DNA of 64,000 nucleotides from Mobula hypostoma (GCF_963921235.1 NC_086106.1:23684001-23748000); one strand, 5' to 3'. Counted from the first letter of the stretch, positions 48,901 through 61,969 are shown. Program-made: numbers and translations. The notes: generated by a model not told the origin, from the sequence alone.

Positions 48901-49857
48901 AATCCTATCGGCTGATTCTACTCCGTGCTCATAATTTGTCTCAACAAATTACCCAAATATTTTGCTTATCTTTGAATTAATACTTATTGGCCAATTATTC
49001 TCAGACTTATCCGCATTGTGTCACAACCATGGATTCGGCAAAACAGCAGATTCAGCAACTGCTCTCGTGAATCTGAACGTGTTGGCTAATTATTATTTCA
49101 TTGTGATAGTATTTAACTCGGTTGAATCCGTCGCACTATTTGTCGAGACTTGGACACCAGCAACGCTTTTCTGCCTGCTTGCATTCCGCCTTGACTGAGA
49201 AATTGAACTGTCGTCTCAACTGACTCTGAGAACCAGCTGTATTCGTTTAACGTATAGTTGCTCTTCATAGCAGCAGTGTAGGCTTCAGTTTCCATTTGCG
49301 AGATTTAGTTGATGGTCCTGTTTGCCAAACGTTAATTGTTTTTTTCCATTAACACTGTTCACATTAAAGTCTCTGAACTATCGACCCTCTTCAGTGTCCA
49401 CATCAGCACTTGGGGCCACAGCCACACCGGTTGACACATTACCGTGCTTACAGACAAGAATAATATTTAACGGTTTTCTGTTGCCATCCCTGTGGTATTC
49501 CTCAGTACACAACGAGTTTGTCAATACTGCAGCAAGGTTTTCTCTCCCTTCCTGTACTAACTAACACTACATCCAGTCCGGACAATGGAGCTACCATAAA
49601 TCCTTTCAATGCTTACAACAGGCAATCCTCCCGATATGATTTAACATATTAACCATTAATACGGACAACTTACACTCGTGATGATTCCTCTCAGTGCTGA
49701 CCAGCGATGTCAGGTATTCATGAAGGAGCTCCCTTAATTTTCAACGGTAACATGCTTTCCCCTTTATAGGCGTTTGGTCCTACCGTTAATCTGATCATCT
49801 TTCTGCTTCCCTGTTGTATCTAGAACACTTTGGATTTTTCAGTATGTATACCTGCCA

Positions 49858-50530
49858 TGGAATCAGAATCAGAATCAGGTTTATTATCACTCGCATGTTA
49901 CCTTAGCAGCAGCAGTTCAATGCAATACATAATCTAAAACATAGAGAGAGAAAAAAAAAGAAACGAAATAAAGCAAAATAATAATTAAACAATAAATAAT
50001 TTACATATATTGAACAGATGTTTAAAATTGTGCAAAAACAGAAATACGGTAAATTATATTAAAAAAAATTGGGTAGTGTCTAAAGGCTGAATGTCCTTTG
50101 AGGAATCGGATTGTAGAGGGGAAGAAGCTGTTCCTGAATGGGTGAGTGTGTGCGTTCAGTCTTCTTTGTCTCCTACCTGATCGAAAAAGTGAGAAAAGGC
50201 GCATCCTTTAATAATGGACGCTGCCTTTCTGAGTCACCGCTCCCTGAAGATGTCCTTGGTTCTTTATAGGCTAGTGACCAAAATGGAGCTGACTAGATTT
50301 ACGACCTTATGCAGCTTCTTTCGGTCCTGTGTAGTAGCCTCTCCATACCAAACAGTGATGCAGCCTGTCATAATTCTCTCCACGTAACAACTCTAGAAGT
50401 GTTTGTGTGTTTTTGTTGACATGCCAAATCTCTTCATACTCCTAATAAAGTATAACCGCTATCTGGCCTTCCTTAAGACTTCTTCAATATGTTGGCAGCA
50501 GATTACATCCTCATGGACTTGAAATGTTCC
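49858..50530 (-). mobile_element. Rex/Babar-type LINE 3' portion (same family as 42880)
   Basis: (AGAATC)n tail at 49860-49878; minus ORF HTHPFRNSFFPSTIRFL. Confidence 0.8.
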
Positions 50531-50849
50531 TTCTGAGTTTTCGTCAGCGATTCCGATGCTACGTCCTGGCTTGGTCTCTGGTCACACCCGAAGTGATCCC
50601 CAAAAGTGACACTAACCTGACAGTTTTGCTTACCCAACTGCATATCCATTATGATCGCTTGTCTAGCCCACCCGCCGAAACACGGCTAAATAGTTTCGTC
50701 TAATCTCAACCTATTGCACTAAGGAAGGACCGTCAACTTTAGGGAAGTTGAACTCAAGGATGGAAATGACCATATTTTGCTTGCAGCTGTGAAAACTATG
50801 TCTCACGCTCTGCACCTCATTGTGTCTGTTGCTATCGGGGTGCGGGTCG

Positions 50850-51180
50850 CTGAAGAATATTTCCTCATAGAGTAATTGCCCTCTTACTGTTTCGGAACTT
50901 TACTCACACTGACTCAGTACATGACGCCTGCACGACATTCTCCCTTTCCTCAACCGTGATAGTGTCCCTGATTAGCAATGTCGCTCGTCCACCTCTTTTA
51001 CCGACTTCCCTGTTACTTTTGAAACATATCAATCAAAATAATTATCTGTATCACTCTGGCGGTGAAGTATCTGCAATGACTACAACGTCATAGTTGCATG
51101 TATGGGCCCTGTTAGAAATTCAGTGTATCTGTTCCTGATACCCCGAGCAGTAAATTCACAAATTTCAAACCATACAGGTA
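50850..51180 (-). mobile_element. CR1 endonuclease-domain fragment
   Basis: gtgtccctgattagcaatgtcgctcgtccacctctttt reverse-translates to a KRGG.V.LLIRDTI-like motif. Confidence 0.5.
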
Positions 51181-51496
51181 ACTGCAAGTTTAGCCCTTGC
51201 TACGGCCTATCATTGAACACTGGGTCTGTACTGGCTATATCAACTTTTACCCCAAATGTTCCATACACTCAGTTTCCTATCCTTCTGCCAAAATATTTAA
51301 ACCCACATGCAACAGATTCTTGATAACTGCGGCAAGGGTATGAGTTCCTCCAGGAGTTCAGACGTACATACAAGGTCACACCTTCCCAGAACAATTCTCA
51401 GTGAACGACAACTTTTAGATCTCGCCCATACACCGATTCTATCGTACATATTCCTCCATCAAATCACTCACTTCTTGTCCTTACAGAGGCGTCAAG

Positions 51497-52373
51497 TGTC
51501 ACGTGATCCGGCAACAATGAATTATCTATTGAGACAGGTTTTATAAAAACAAACTAACATTAATTACACTCGGCTCAACAAATAGCGAAAAGTATTAAAA
51601 CGGCTAACTTAACCGGAAGGTAACTGCTACACAGCAAGTCTGGAACAGTTCTGAAAAGGGTAAATGCGAAAACTGTTCTTAAAGTGGTAAATTCGAACGC
51701 AGTATTAAAATAGTAAATTCGAAAATCCAAATGATTTACTGAATCATTAAGGAGGGACTTCTCTGGAAACGAATTTCTTCGAGAACGTGACGTAACTGCT
51801 GCTTCTCCAAAGGATTCACGATGAAGGAAATGAAATGGCTTAAAGGAACTGACCTTGTCCTGGTGAGTGAACACTGCACAACTTCCCCGCAGTTGCAGGA
51901 TTATCTCAGACACAGGTACTATATTATGAACAAATCCTCAATAAGGCAGATCCTTTATAAAGCCGCCGAACGACTTCAACTTTATTCCGACCCTTCAGTT
52001 TCCCGTCCTTTAATAAAGTTTTCACTCTCCAATACTGCTGAAAAGGGGAAATTATAGATGCAATACACAAACCTGGCAGAAATTGGCAAAATTGCCAGCA
52101 CCAATCTTTGCACATTAAAATAGAAAGGAAAACTCAGTTTTAAAACAAAGTTGCGTCATGACAAATACGCATCATAATGGAGTAACTGACGAACTGACAC
52201 ATTACTAAACTGAAAATAACTAACTGCTCCACGCCAGGGATCTCCTTTATACCTGCCGAGAACAGGTCGTAAATTGACCTCACACTGGCGGGAAAATTAC
52301 ATCATGTGACCTCTGCAAGACCATTTCATCATGCTCGTAAGACAGTCACAAGACACCCACGGGGTATGTAACA
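51497..52373. mobile_element. Solo LTR (family B), copy 1
   Basis: Inverted termini TGTCAC...GTAACA, a perfect 4-bp TSD CAAG (51493-51496 / 52374-52377), 877 bp, colinear with 53194-54070. Confidence 0.85.
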
Positions 52374-52967
52374 CAAGCAAAAGTTAAACCTTTGAATCAT
52401 GTTTTTCACCTTCCTACCCAGATCACTCTATTGTCGTCGGGATCTTATTCAGTTTCCTGTCTGTAACTCTGATGTCATTATGTATCACATTTTTCTGCCT
52501 GCTCCCTGTGCCTCTCAACAAACAGAGACTGACATAATATTTGCCATAATGTCTCCAGATGTTAAAACCAATGTTACGGGCATAACCAAGCGTGATCATT
52601 TCTGAATTTCGAAGCAATGACGTACTATGTTGGTAGTGTTCAGTAAGGTAGCTTTTTGAAAATTTACACAAATATTAATGAACAGATCTCTGGTGTATTC
52701 CACTTGTTGATTGCTAAACGTTATTTGCACTCTTTATGAGCTTGTAATTTAAAGCAATATTTTGGCGGAGGATGCTTGTCTGTTGCTTGTGTCTGTGTCC
52801 TGGATATAGGCATTGTTAGGTGAGCCAGCATTAATTATCCGTTCAGACATTTTCTAGAAGTAGAAGCGAGCGGTGTTGTTGAACTACTGCAACTATTCTG
52901 GTAAAGAAACCTGCTCGCTACTGTTGGCCAAGGTTTTCCTGCATTTAGACTCAGTGCTTAAATATTA

Positions 52968-55050
52968 CAAGACCATAAGGCATAGATCAGAATAAAGCTA
53001 TTCGGCCCATCCAGCCTGCTCCGCCTTTACATCATGGTTAATTTATTATCCTTCTCAACACCGTTCCCTGCCTTCCCCTCGTTATCTTTGATATCCATAG
53101 TATTACAGAATGTATTAAATTTGACATATATCCAATAAGTTAGCTTCAACAGCCGGCTGCGGCAATGAATCTCATAATTTCACAACTATCTACTGTTACA
53201 TGACGAGCAACAATGAATATATAACTGAGACCTGTTTTAAATAAACAAACATAAATATTTATTAAACTCTGTTCAACAATAGTTAAAATAATTCAAACGA
53301 CTAACTTAACTGGAAGTTAAATGCTATACGTCAACTCTGGAAAAAGTTCTTAAAGTTGTAACTTCGAACATAGTTATAAAATGGTAAAATCGAAAGTCCA
53401 AGTGATTTACACAGTCAATAATGAGTGACTTTTCTGGAAACGGATTTCTTCGAAGTCGTGACGTTACTGCTGATTCTGCAAGGATCCACGACGAAGGAAG
53501 TAAAACGGCTTGAAAGAACTGACCTTTTCCTGGCGAATGAACACTAAAACAAAAACAACAACAACTTTCTCATCTTACACGGGTTATCTCATATACAGGT
53601 CACTATTTCTGAACGAAGATTCAATAAGGTCGATTCTTTATGAAACCACCAAACGACACCAACTTTACTCAATGCTTCATGTTCCCGTACTTTAGTTATC
53701 TCTTCACTCTCCAATAGTACACTGTAAAGGTAAATTAAAGATACCCCAAACAAAACTGGCAGTGGTTGGTGAAACTGCCGGCACAACGATTTTACCTTAC
53801 ATTAGAAACGAAAACTCCACTTTAATACGAAACTGCGTCATGAGACGAATACGCAGCAGAACGGAATAACTGAGGAACTAACGAAAATAACTGTGTCACA
53901 ACAGGGGTTTCATTTTACATACATATTGAGAACATGTCATCACGTGACCTCACACTGGCGGGAAAATCACATCACCCCACCACCACTAGACCTCTTACAT
54001 AATACTCATAAGATATTCAATTAAATTATGGTAATAAGACAGTTACATCATACCCACGAGGTATGTAATACTGCATAAATCCTTTCTCAACTCTGTTCAA
54101 AAATTACGTTCCTGTATTCCAATACTCTGCCTTTCAGTGCTCAAAAAATTTGCTTTTATTGTATGTATCATTTTCACGACTACTCTTTTTTTTTGTAATG
54201 CCGCTGTGCGATAGGTTCAATGAGATCAATCTCGAATTATTGGATTATATACCCAGATCAGTAAAACTTGCTTCAGATATTAACCTTTTCATTTCCGAGA
54301 ATATTGCACTGATGGACCCCTGGACGTTCACAATTTCCAGCATATTCTTACCTTGCTAAAGATGTAAACTTGCTCACAATATTGTAAGTGCAGTTCGGCC
54401 CTTGCCTTATAAATCCCAACCGTTCTAGTTTTCACAGTGTTCCTGTGAAACACCAACAAATAATTCCCCTGCCGTATATACCAAGACAGCCTTCAAGATA
54501 ACATTTACGAAGGCTCCCACGGAGACTCTGACATTTTTTTAAAATCTGCTCCCCAGTTATTAAATACTCTGCGCTCATAGTCCATCTACCGATATGCCCG
54601 ACGAAACACGCACATACACTGTTTTTTATTATTATTATTATATTCCACTGCCTATTGTTCGAATGTGTTTAATTTTTTTGGCAGGTTCTTGCATAAAAAG
54701 CATAAACTGTAGCTCCATCAGTCTTTGTGTAGTCCGGAAATTCCGTTATCTGGATCATTGGCATACAACGTTCTAAAATAACATCGGTGCCAACACCGAC
54801 GCTTATGAAACACCGGTAGTCCTATTCAGCCATCCTGAAAAAGTCGTTTGTATTCCACCTTTCTACTCCTCCCATTCAGCAAGTCTACTATCCACGCTAA
54901 TATCCTCACTTTAATTTTCTGGATTCTTATTTTCCTTTGCTGCCCTATGTGCAGCACCTTGTTAAAGGCGATTTGGCATTCTTTTGCATTTTAGTTCTGT
55001 GTCCCTCTATGCTGACGTATATTGTAATAATCTAATTTGAGGTATAATTT
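52968..55050 (-). mobile_element. Decayed CR1, 3' end at ~52968, split by a solo LTR
   Basis: caagaccataaggcatagatcagaataaagctattcggcccatcc is a CR1 3' end in reverse. CR1 sequence resumes immediately after 54070. Confidence 0.7.
53194..54070. mobile_element. Solo LTR (family B), copy 2, inserted in CR1
   Basis: Termini TGTTAC...GTAATA, 4-bp TSD CTAC/CTGC (one mismatch), 877 bp. Confidence 0.82.
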
Positions 55051-55699
55051 ATTTTCAGCAACTGTATGTCAATTGTGGCAAGAAGAGGCCATAGTCCAGT
55101 AAATACTTTATTTCATTCTTGACCGAAACAACAAAGAGTGTAAGTTTAATTTGTAAGGTTGCATACGAAACGGAAAAATTATTTTATAAAATAAAAACAC
55201 GAAGGTATTGACATATGTAACCTGCTTACAAACAGGGTGATGTCAACACGTGAAATTATTGTATTTCAGATGCATACTCTGGCGAAGGAAAGCGGGTCTA
55301 TCTATAAAGTAGAAAGCTGAGGTTCGGAGGGATAGGGTCTGCGGAAATTTGGTTTTCTTTGCCGAAATACCAATTGACTGGATTACAAGAGACGCTTTGT
55401 CACCATCTTGCTTGAGTAGCATAAACGGGAAGCAGACGTCAAAGTAGAAAAAAAATAGACATTTAGGAAACTGTATGCGTTGTAAGTCTCCTAAACCTAT
55501 TCGCAAATGTTCGGTTTCTCACTAGGGGAATACACCTCCTGTGTTTAGACTGAACAGAATCCGATCATAACAACTGCATCATTTTCGAAGAGATTCTACG
55601 ATGCCATTTCCGATTGTTCCATGTTTGTCTGAATGCCTTACATGAAGATTTTTTTTTTGAATTTTACACAGTAGAAGTAATATACATCAGGTCTCGTCT

Positions 55700-55790
55700 T
55701 ATCTGCCAATAATGAAATGATTGGTTGCGCTGAGGAACAAAGAAGTAGCTAGGGATTGGACCGATTAAGGAAAAAAGTTGGTTTACGAGG
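55700..55790 (+). promoter_or_regulatory. V4 promoter module homologous to V1/V2
   Basis: tgattggttgcgctgaggaacaaagaagtagctagggattgg aligns with V2 tgattggctgtgttgaggaacaaagatatagtacaggattgg. GATTGG lies at 55719 and 55754, about 219/184 bp upstream of the ATG. Confidence 0.6.
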
Positions 55791-55937
55791 TGTTGGATAA
55801 GCAGAGAGTTTTCAACTTGGTGGACAATAATATAACGAGCGGAGAGAAAGACATCAGACTCCTTCCGCATTTTAAATTAACACTTCCTTATCAAAAAAAA
55901 AACTTCGGTTGAAATTCAAAGTCAGTCGATAGCAGAC

Positions 55938-56821
55938 ATGTCATTTCATTTTTTTTAGATTTCTCTCTAATTACACTAGTATTCCTGACCGGTAAGTTGT
56001 TGTTTTTTTTTCCTCTCGTTTGGAACATTCCCTTTTTCATCCGTGTAGAACAGCTTAAATTATCAGTCAATACCGCAAACGAATATTGACAACAACAGGT
56101 AAACAATCCGAGGAACGCAAACGGTTTGCGGCTACAGATCTTCTCTAATTGACATTGCAATGTTTCATCGGAATTTCGAAGACGAGTGTGGTTAACTCCA
56201 TTACTGCTTCTGACGGTGATCCATCAGGTTTTTTTTTCCGCTTGGAATGTAATGGAGAACTTCATACTCTGATAAAGGAGGTTGGACAGATTTTTTAATA
56301 TTTTATTTTACATTATTATTTCCTTTATTTTTTAATAATTGAATTAATTTTCCCATCTCCCCTTTCCTGACATCGCCACAAATCTCTGCGGGGTGGGTAT
56401 TTATAACTGAATTCTCCCCCCCCGCCCCCCGCCGCAATTCAGGACAGTAGAAGAGATCATATGGCGCTCAGCAGGGTGGTATTGTTTCAGTGAAATATGC
56501 TTCCTACTCTTTCAGGACACCGTCGAGGCGATGCGGTTTTTCAGTCAACTACTACGTCCACAGTGAATGACGGGAGTGATGCTCTGTTAGACTGTAACTA
56601 TACTACTGCAAGCACCGGGAATTTGGCATTATTATGGTACCGTCAGTATCCCGGTGGTTATCCGGTGCTCCTATTACACAGGACGAAATATGACGGTAAC
56701 CAAAAGGAAATTCCAGGACAACGTTTTACGGTGCAGCGGGATGATTCGATGGAAATTATCCCACTGATTGTGTCTGAAGTACAGCTCGCAAACCGGCCAC
56801 ATACTTCTGTGTGTTGAAACC
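55938..56821 (+). pseudogene. TRAV: TCR alpha/delta V pseudogene V4, V1 family (leader 55938-55991, intron 55992-56515, V exon 56516-56821)
   Basis: The leader follows cagac-ATG as in V2 and ends ACCG|gtaagt, but is 1 nt short in a T8 run; adding a T gives MSFHFFLDFSLITLVFLT-G. V exon GHRRGDAVFQSTTTSTVNDGSDALLDCNYTTASTGNLALLWYRQYPGGYPVLLLHRTKYDGNQKEIPGQRFTVQRDDSMEIIPLIVSEVQLAN[-1 fs]ATYFCVLKP. Confidence 0.9.
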
Positions 56822-56860
56822 CACAGGGACAAAAACCTAATCGGTGATAGTAAAAAGAAA
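56822..56860 (+). other. Degenerate RSS of V4
   Basis: CACAGGG (56822-56828). At the 23-bp position the nonamer is AAAAAGAAA (5/9 to consensus). A perfect ACAAAAACC sits at 56829-56837. Confidence 0.75.
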
Positions 56861-57414
56861 TAAATGATCTTCCTAGATTCATCTCGTTGTAAGTGCAACA
56901 TTGTGTGCAGCTGCAAATCTAAGCTGTTCCGTCAATTTTGCCTATGCCCATACGTTTAGGTCTTTATCATTTGGCTTTGAATATACTAATCTATATATTT
57001 TCAACAAGTTACTTCTGAATCAGCTGTCGTACGCATATAGCAAAATAATTCCAATGCAGTTATTCAAAGCAGCTAAAGAAAGCACACTGAAACTTTATTG
57101 TTCTACCTGTTTCCTAAATGAGATATTCTCTGTTGTAGTAAGTTAGATTCAGTTTTAATGTTGAATCAGGTTCACTGGTCTGGCAGTTGAGAAAGAAATT
57201 GCATTGTTTTCCAATAGGTTTGCTGATCATTTATTTACGAAGAAAACATATTTGAACAAGCATTCACGTTCCCCAAGTTGCAACTACTACAAAGCTGAAT
57301 ATTCAAAAATATATGATCATTAAACGAACATACATGATGTAAGTGTTCAGAATGTATACTTTCCTGATCATCATATGCATCAATGTCTAAAACAAAGCTA
57401 GGACAGTGGCAAAC

Positions 57415-57549
57415 ACAAGGGATTCTGCAGATGCTGGAAATTCAAGCAACACACATCAAAGTTGCTGGTGAACGCAGCAGGCCAGGCAGCATCTCTAGGA
57501 AGAGGTAGAGTCGACGTTTCGGGCCGAAACCTCGACTGTACCTCTTCCT
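57415..57549. mobile_element. Penelope-like terminal fragment ending in a fold-back palindrome
   Basis: gattctgcagatgctgg..aacgcagcaggccaggcagcatctctaggaagagg..gtcgacgtttcgggcc, followed by its own reverse complement. Confidence 0.75.
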
Positions 57550-60348
57550 GGAACAGTGGCAGACCCTTCTACAGGCCGTTTTATATTTCCAAGATATTTG
57601 AAACTGGATACAGCTCTCCAATGGGAAAAGCAGCTGCACCTTCTAAATAAACAAATCATAACCGCAATGCATTTGAATAGCAGAATAATGCACGGTCCCA
57701 CACGGCCACCCAATCCTCGAAAGTTCCGAACGATATGATCCAACCCTCAGAGTAGTGTGACTCTCACAACCTTCTTACTAAGTTATACATGAAAGACCAG
57801 AGTACAATATCCTGTACTTTAATCAAATAGTCACCCTCCAGTATATTATAGTCGTCCACAAGCATCCCACTGCCCTATAAAGCCAGCAGTCACAACCTGA
57901 AGTGTAACAGCCAATGAACGGGTCTCCCACTTAATCTTATACACTGACTCTCATGTATGACCAACCAAGTTGTGTGATGTTCACGAACCCATCAGGAATG
58001 CAGGTGCAGCAATTTAAGCAGTGGCAGTACAAGTGCTAGGTTTCTTTCTGAGCATGAAATCGAAGCTTCCGGTTGCGAGTCCCTCTGGCCGTACCATGCT
58101 GAGAAAGGCTACCATTCAACACATCGGTCCTACATAGCAGCCCTAATACCAACCAGCATAGAAATTATGTTTATTCATTGCACTGGGTGGAAGATATAGA
58201 GAACCACATAGCAATAGCAGCTCTCTGTGAAATCAATTGGTAGGCCCAGGAAATCCATGTACAATAAGTGTCATTCTGCTTCTAACACGTTCCCAGCGTC
58301 CGTACACAATTTGGCACAGTCACAGTTATCCGAAGATAATGTTCTTGCTCACACCTGCCTTCTACCGAGCGCATGGTCGTTTTGCCCAGCATACCACCGA
58401 CATCAACACTCTGTCAGGAGGGAAAATCATTTTATGAGAATATATTGCAACTATATATTATTTCTTTTTTTTTTTGTGGGGCGGGGGGGAATGGAAGCCC
58501 TCTAAACAGTCTCTCCACCAGGGTTCATGTCCCTTAAGTCTGCAACATTACGGCTGAGGTTTCTGCGATGGTATATCCCCATTCAGATCTCAAAAAGTGA
58601 ATGGAACTTCACGAGAGGACAGATAATTTTCCATCTGCAGTGTTTATTTTTTCGCTGTTGATCCTCAAAGTGTTTGAAATCAGTGGAACTCTTTTGTGAT
58701 GTCGTAAAGAGTCTTCATAGAATTCTGACCCATCAGATCAATCGCCGTCCACAGGACTATATAATAGGATTATCCACCACAGATTGGCATTCATCACTGT
58801 TTTATTCTGTAATGTAGGTTGATATAAAGGTGCTAGCTCCTGATTAATCACTGGAGATACCGAAAAAAAAAAGAACTGCGAGATTTGCTTCCGAAATGTT
58901 CAGTTCCCTTTCGACTGTGGACATGCTTGCCTTCAACAACAACAACAAAAAAACATAAATAAATAAAAAAATAGAGCATGAGTCTTCCAAGTGCTGATTT
59001 ATATACCCAATATATTTGAAACTGGACAGCAGGTACGTATCCAATGGGAACACCGTAGCAGCTTCTAAATTAACTAGTCTCAGCTTTGGACGGTCAGAAT
59101 AAGGCACGCCCCCACAGGATAGCCGTAGAGCAACACTTTATGTGGGAGGCGCATACGTTGTCCCGTATATGTAATTGTGTGGAAATGTTGCCTATTTCCG
59201 TTTTCATTGTATCCAATAAATATTATTGATTACACCATTTTTTTTATATTCCCTACCTTTACTTTCATTCCGATCTAATCTGCAAAGACTTCATATTGAG
59301 CAACAGCAAACTAATGTTGCAGGTGTTTGAGTCCGCTCTTAGCAGTGACAAATACCTCAGTGCACTGGTACCAGAAGAATATGGGTATTAACTCGCAGTT
59401 ATATTCACTGAGACAATAAGACGATGAGCACTTTTGAAAGCGCAGCATAGTTTTTGCTAAAAGCTGTTCAGCTGAAACCACATACTTATGGAGAGTAATT
59501 ATTTGCACTGCCATCACATACGGTTTGTATTGAAAAAAAAATGCTTCTTCGGAGATATGAATAGACGTTATGAATAGGGCGGATATATAACAAACACCGG
59601 TTGAGAGACCTGCAACCAAAGTGTGACCGGACACAACGTAACCGGGAATGGTGTAACATGAATTGCACAGCACGATATATTTTCAGCACTGGAACAATTA
59701 AAAAAATATCTTCCTTAAATAAAGGCTGAGCGACGAGTAACTGAAGAAGTGCCCGGACACAGCAAAATGGGGGTGTGGCAAGTTTAATGGAGATAAAGTA
59801 TCTGCATCTATATTGTTGCTGAATATCACGATTTCTCAATTTTGAAGTAATATGAACACTCCAAATCCATTGTTAATTGTACGATTATAACATGCGTTGA
59901 TGTTGTACTAAATGTGGAATACATGATATGTCCATAAATGAAGGACTGACCTGGGTTATATGGCCTTTGACTGTGGTGAACACTGTACGGAGTGAAGAGT
60001 GATGAATCCCCTGAACAAGAAACTCGATAATAGAACCAATAAAATGGTCCAGGGTTGCTAAACAAATCGAGTCAACACTTTGTTCCTTATAATTTAGTAC
60101 CTCATAGATATAAATGGGAGAAATGTTGTTCGCCGCAACGACAGAGAGCATTTTACACCAACTGCATTTACATAGACTTGACAGAAAAAAGCGCAGTCAC
60201 GGACAGAGAGTGTCATGTCCATGCACGGTTATCGCTTCTGTCACTGTGGAGTCATAGGTCCCACACCAGCGAATTAAAGAAAGGTTAGACTCTGCAACGT
60301 TGTAGTTCATGAGTGGGCGTGCGGAACTGCACTCACCTCATTCGGGAT

Positions 60349-61755
60349 TGCCATTACGGGGGGCGTTGGGAGCGGACCCAAATGCAAGACACAGACACTG
60401 AAATGCTAGGAAAAGGAATAGGTGAGACAAGAAGGCAAGGGAAGTGGGGAAGAAACGACGTTGGACATGACACAGGCCGTTGACGAGACTAGGATACTGG
60501 ACCTGGTCTGGGACTGGACTACGGAAGCGGTACCTGGACGACTAACAAGGAACTTGGAACCTGGACAAGGATTCCGAGCCAGAAGACTGGACAAAGACCC
60601 GGAACCTAGGTCTTGACTCGGGCTCGGACCCCGGATCTAGACGAGGAAAAGACTTTGCTACAGGGCGAGTAGTGACAACAGGACTGGGCATGAGACTCCT
60701 GGACAGGACGACGGACCCCCAGCACAGGATGAGGGAACCCAAGCACCGAGCTTGGCGAAGTACTCCTGGGCTGGGCGAGACAAATGGACAGGACGAGAAC
60801 TCGAAGCCTTGACATGGTCGAGGAGCCAGGACCGCAGAGCCTTGATCCAGGGGGACAGGAACGCAGAGCCTTGGTCTTGAGAGAACAGGAATGCAGAGCC
60901 TTTATCGAGGCAGACAGGAACGCAGAGCCTTGATCCAGGGAAAATAGGAACCTACAGCCAAGGTCGAGGGAGTACAGGACCGCAGCGCCTTGGTCGAAGG
61001 AGAACAAGAACGCAGAGCCTTGGTCGAGGGAAAACAGGAACGCAAAGCCTTGGTCGATGGAGAACAGAAACTCAGAGCCTTGGTCGTGAGAGAACAAGAA
61101 CATAGAACACAGAGCTGGGACCCCTCCTTGGGAACAGGACTTGGGGCACAGAGTCAGGACCCCTCCTAGGGAGCAGAACGTAGGGCCAAGGCTCATACAC
61201 AGAACACTGAGAGACAGATCAGCGCTCAAGGTAGCGGTAAACGGCTGTACCTACCCAGCGGAGGCGAGAGCACAAAGAGGCGGTTCTCAACACAAGGTAC
61301 CGGCAAACGGGCGGACTTACATAGCGAAGGCGTGGACAGAGAACAGTTCTCAACTCAAGGTAGCGGCAAACGGCCGGCCCTACCTAGCGAAGGCGAGAAC
61401 ACAAAGAAACAATTCCAAACAACCAAATACAGTTCCTTAACTAGACCTAGCAAGGCCCCGATCAGGCCCTGGCGGTTTTAACTGACGGCGTTACAGGCGA
61501 GGGCACGGGCGAAGGTAGCAGGGGAGTCTTCAGGCGAAAGTAGCAGTCGAGGCTTCAGAAGCAAGGGGAAGGGGAGGGAACAGTCCAGCAAATGAAGCTG
61601 AACCCATGAGGTATTTATGTCGTCAGCTCAAAATGAGAATCATGTGCTTGAATTTCGACACCGAACAGAACAACGGAAAACCGCAAAACCTGGAATAAGG
61701 ATCGACGGACCGGTCCGTGAAACGGTATGTGGACTTTAAGGACCGGACCATGACA
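60349..61755 (-). mobile_element. Solo LTR-like element (family A), opposite orientation to 15539-16832
   Basis: Ends ..ggaccatgaca (rc TGTCATGGTCC) and ..gggagcggacccaaatgcaagacacag (rc matches ctgtgtcttgcacttgggtccgttccc at 16787-16813). Confidence 0.7.
60830..61110. repeat. 30-bp minisatellite inside the LTR-like element
   Basis: About nine degenerate units of gagaacaggaacgcagagccttggtcgagg, visible as 10-aa repeats (FLFSxDQGSA) in minus ORF 60606-61229. Confidence 0.85.
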
Positions 61756-61969
61756 CTGATTGCATAACCGACAGACTCACTATTATAATAACTCGTAGCC
61801 TCAGTAATTTATTTTTACTTTGATCCTGTTGTCTTCTTTTACACGCGAGGTGCGTACCCGTTTGTAGTTAAGCATATTTAACTATTTATTGTCTGATTAT
61901 CTGCGACAGCACCATCTACAACTACTAAATTCAACAGCTACCATGCCAGTATGGAGAGACTCTGTCGCT

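Noticed and set aside
59340-59420. Minus-strand C-x13-W-Y-Q motif (PIFFWYQ) suggesting an inverted V
   Set aside because: No FR1, FR3, YYC or RSS in a matching position.
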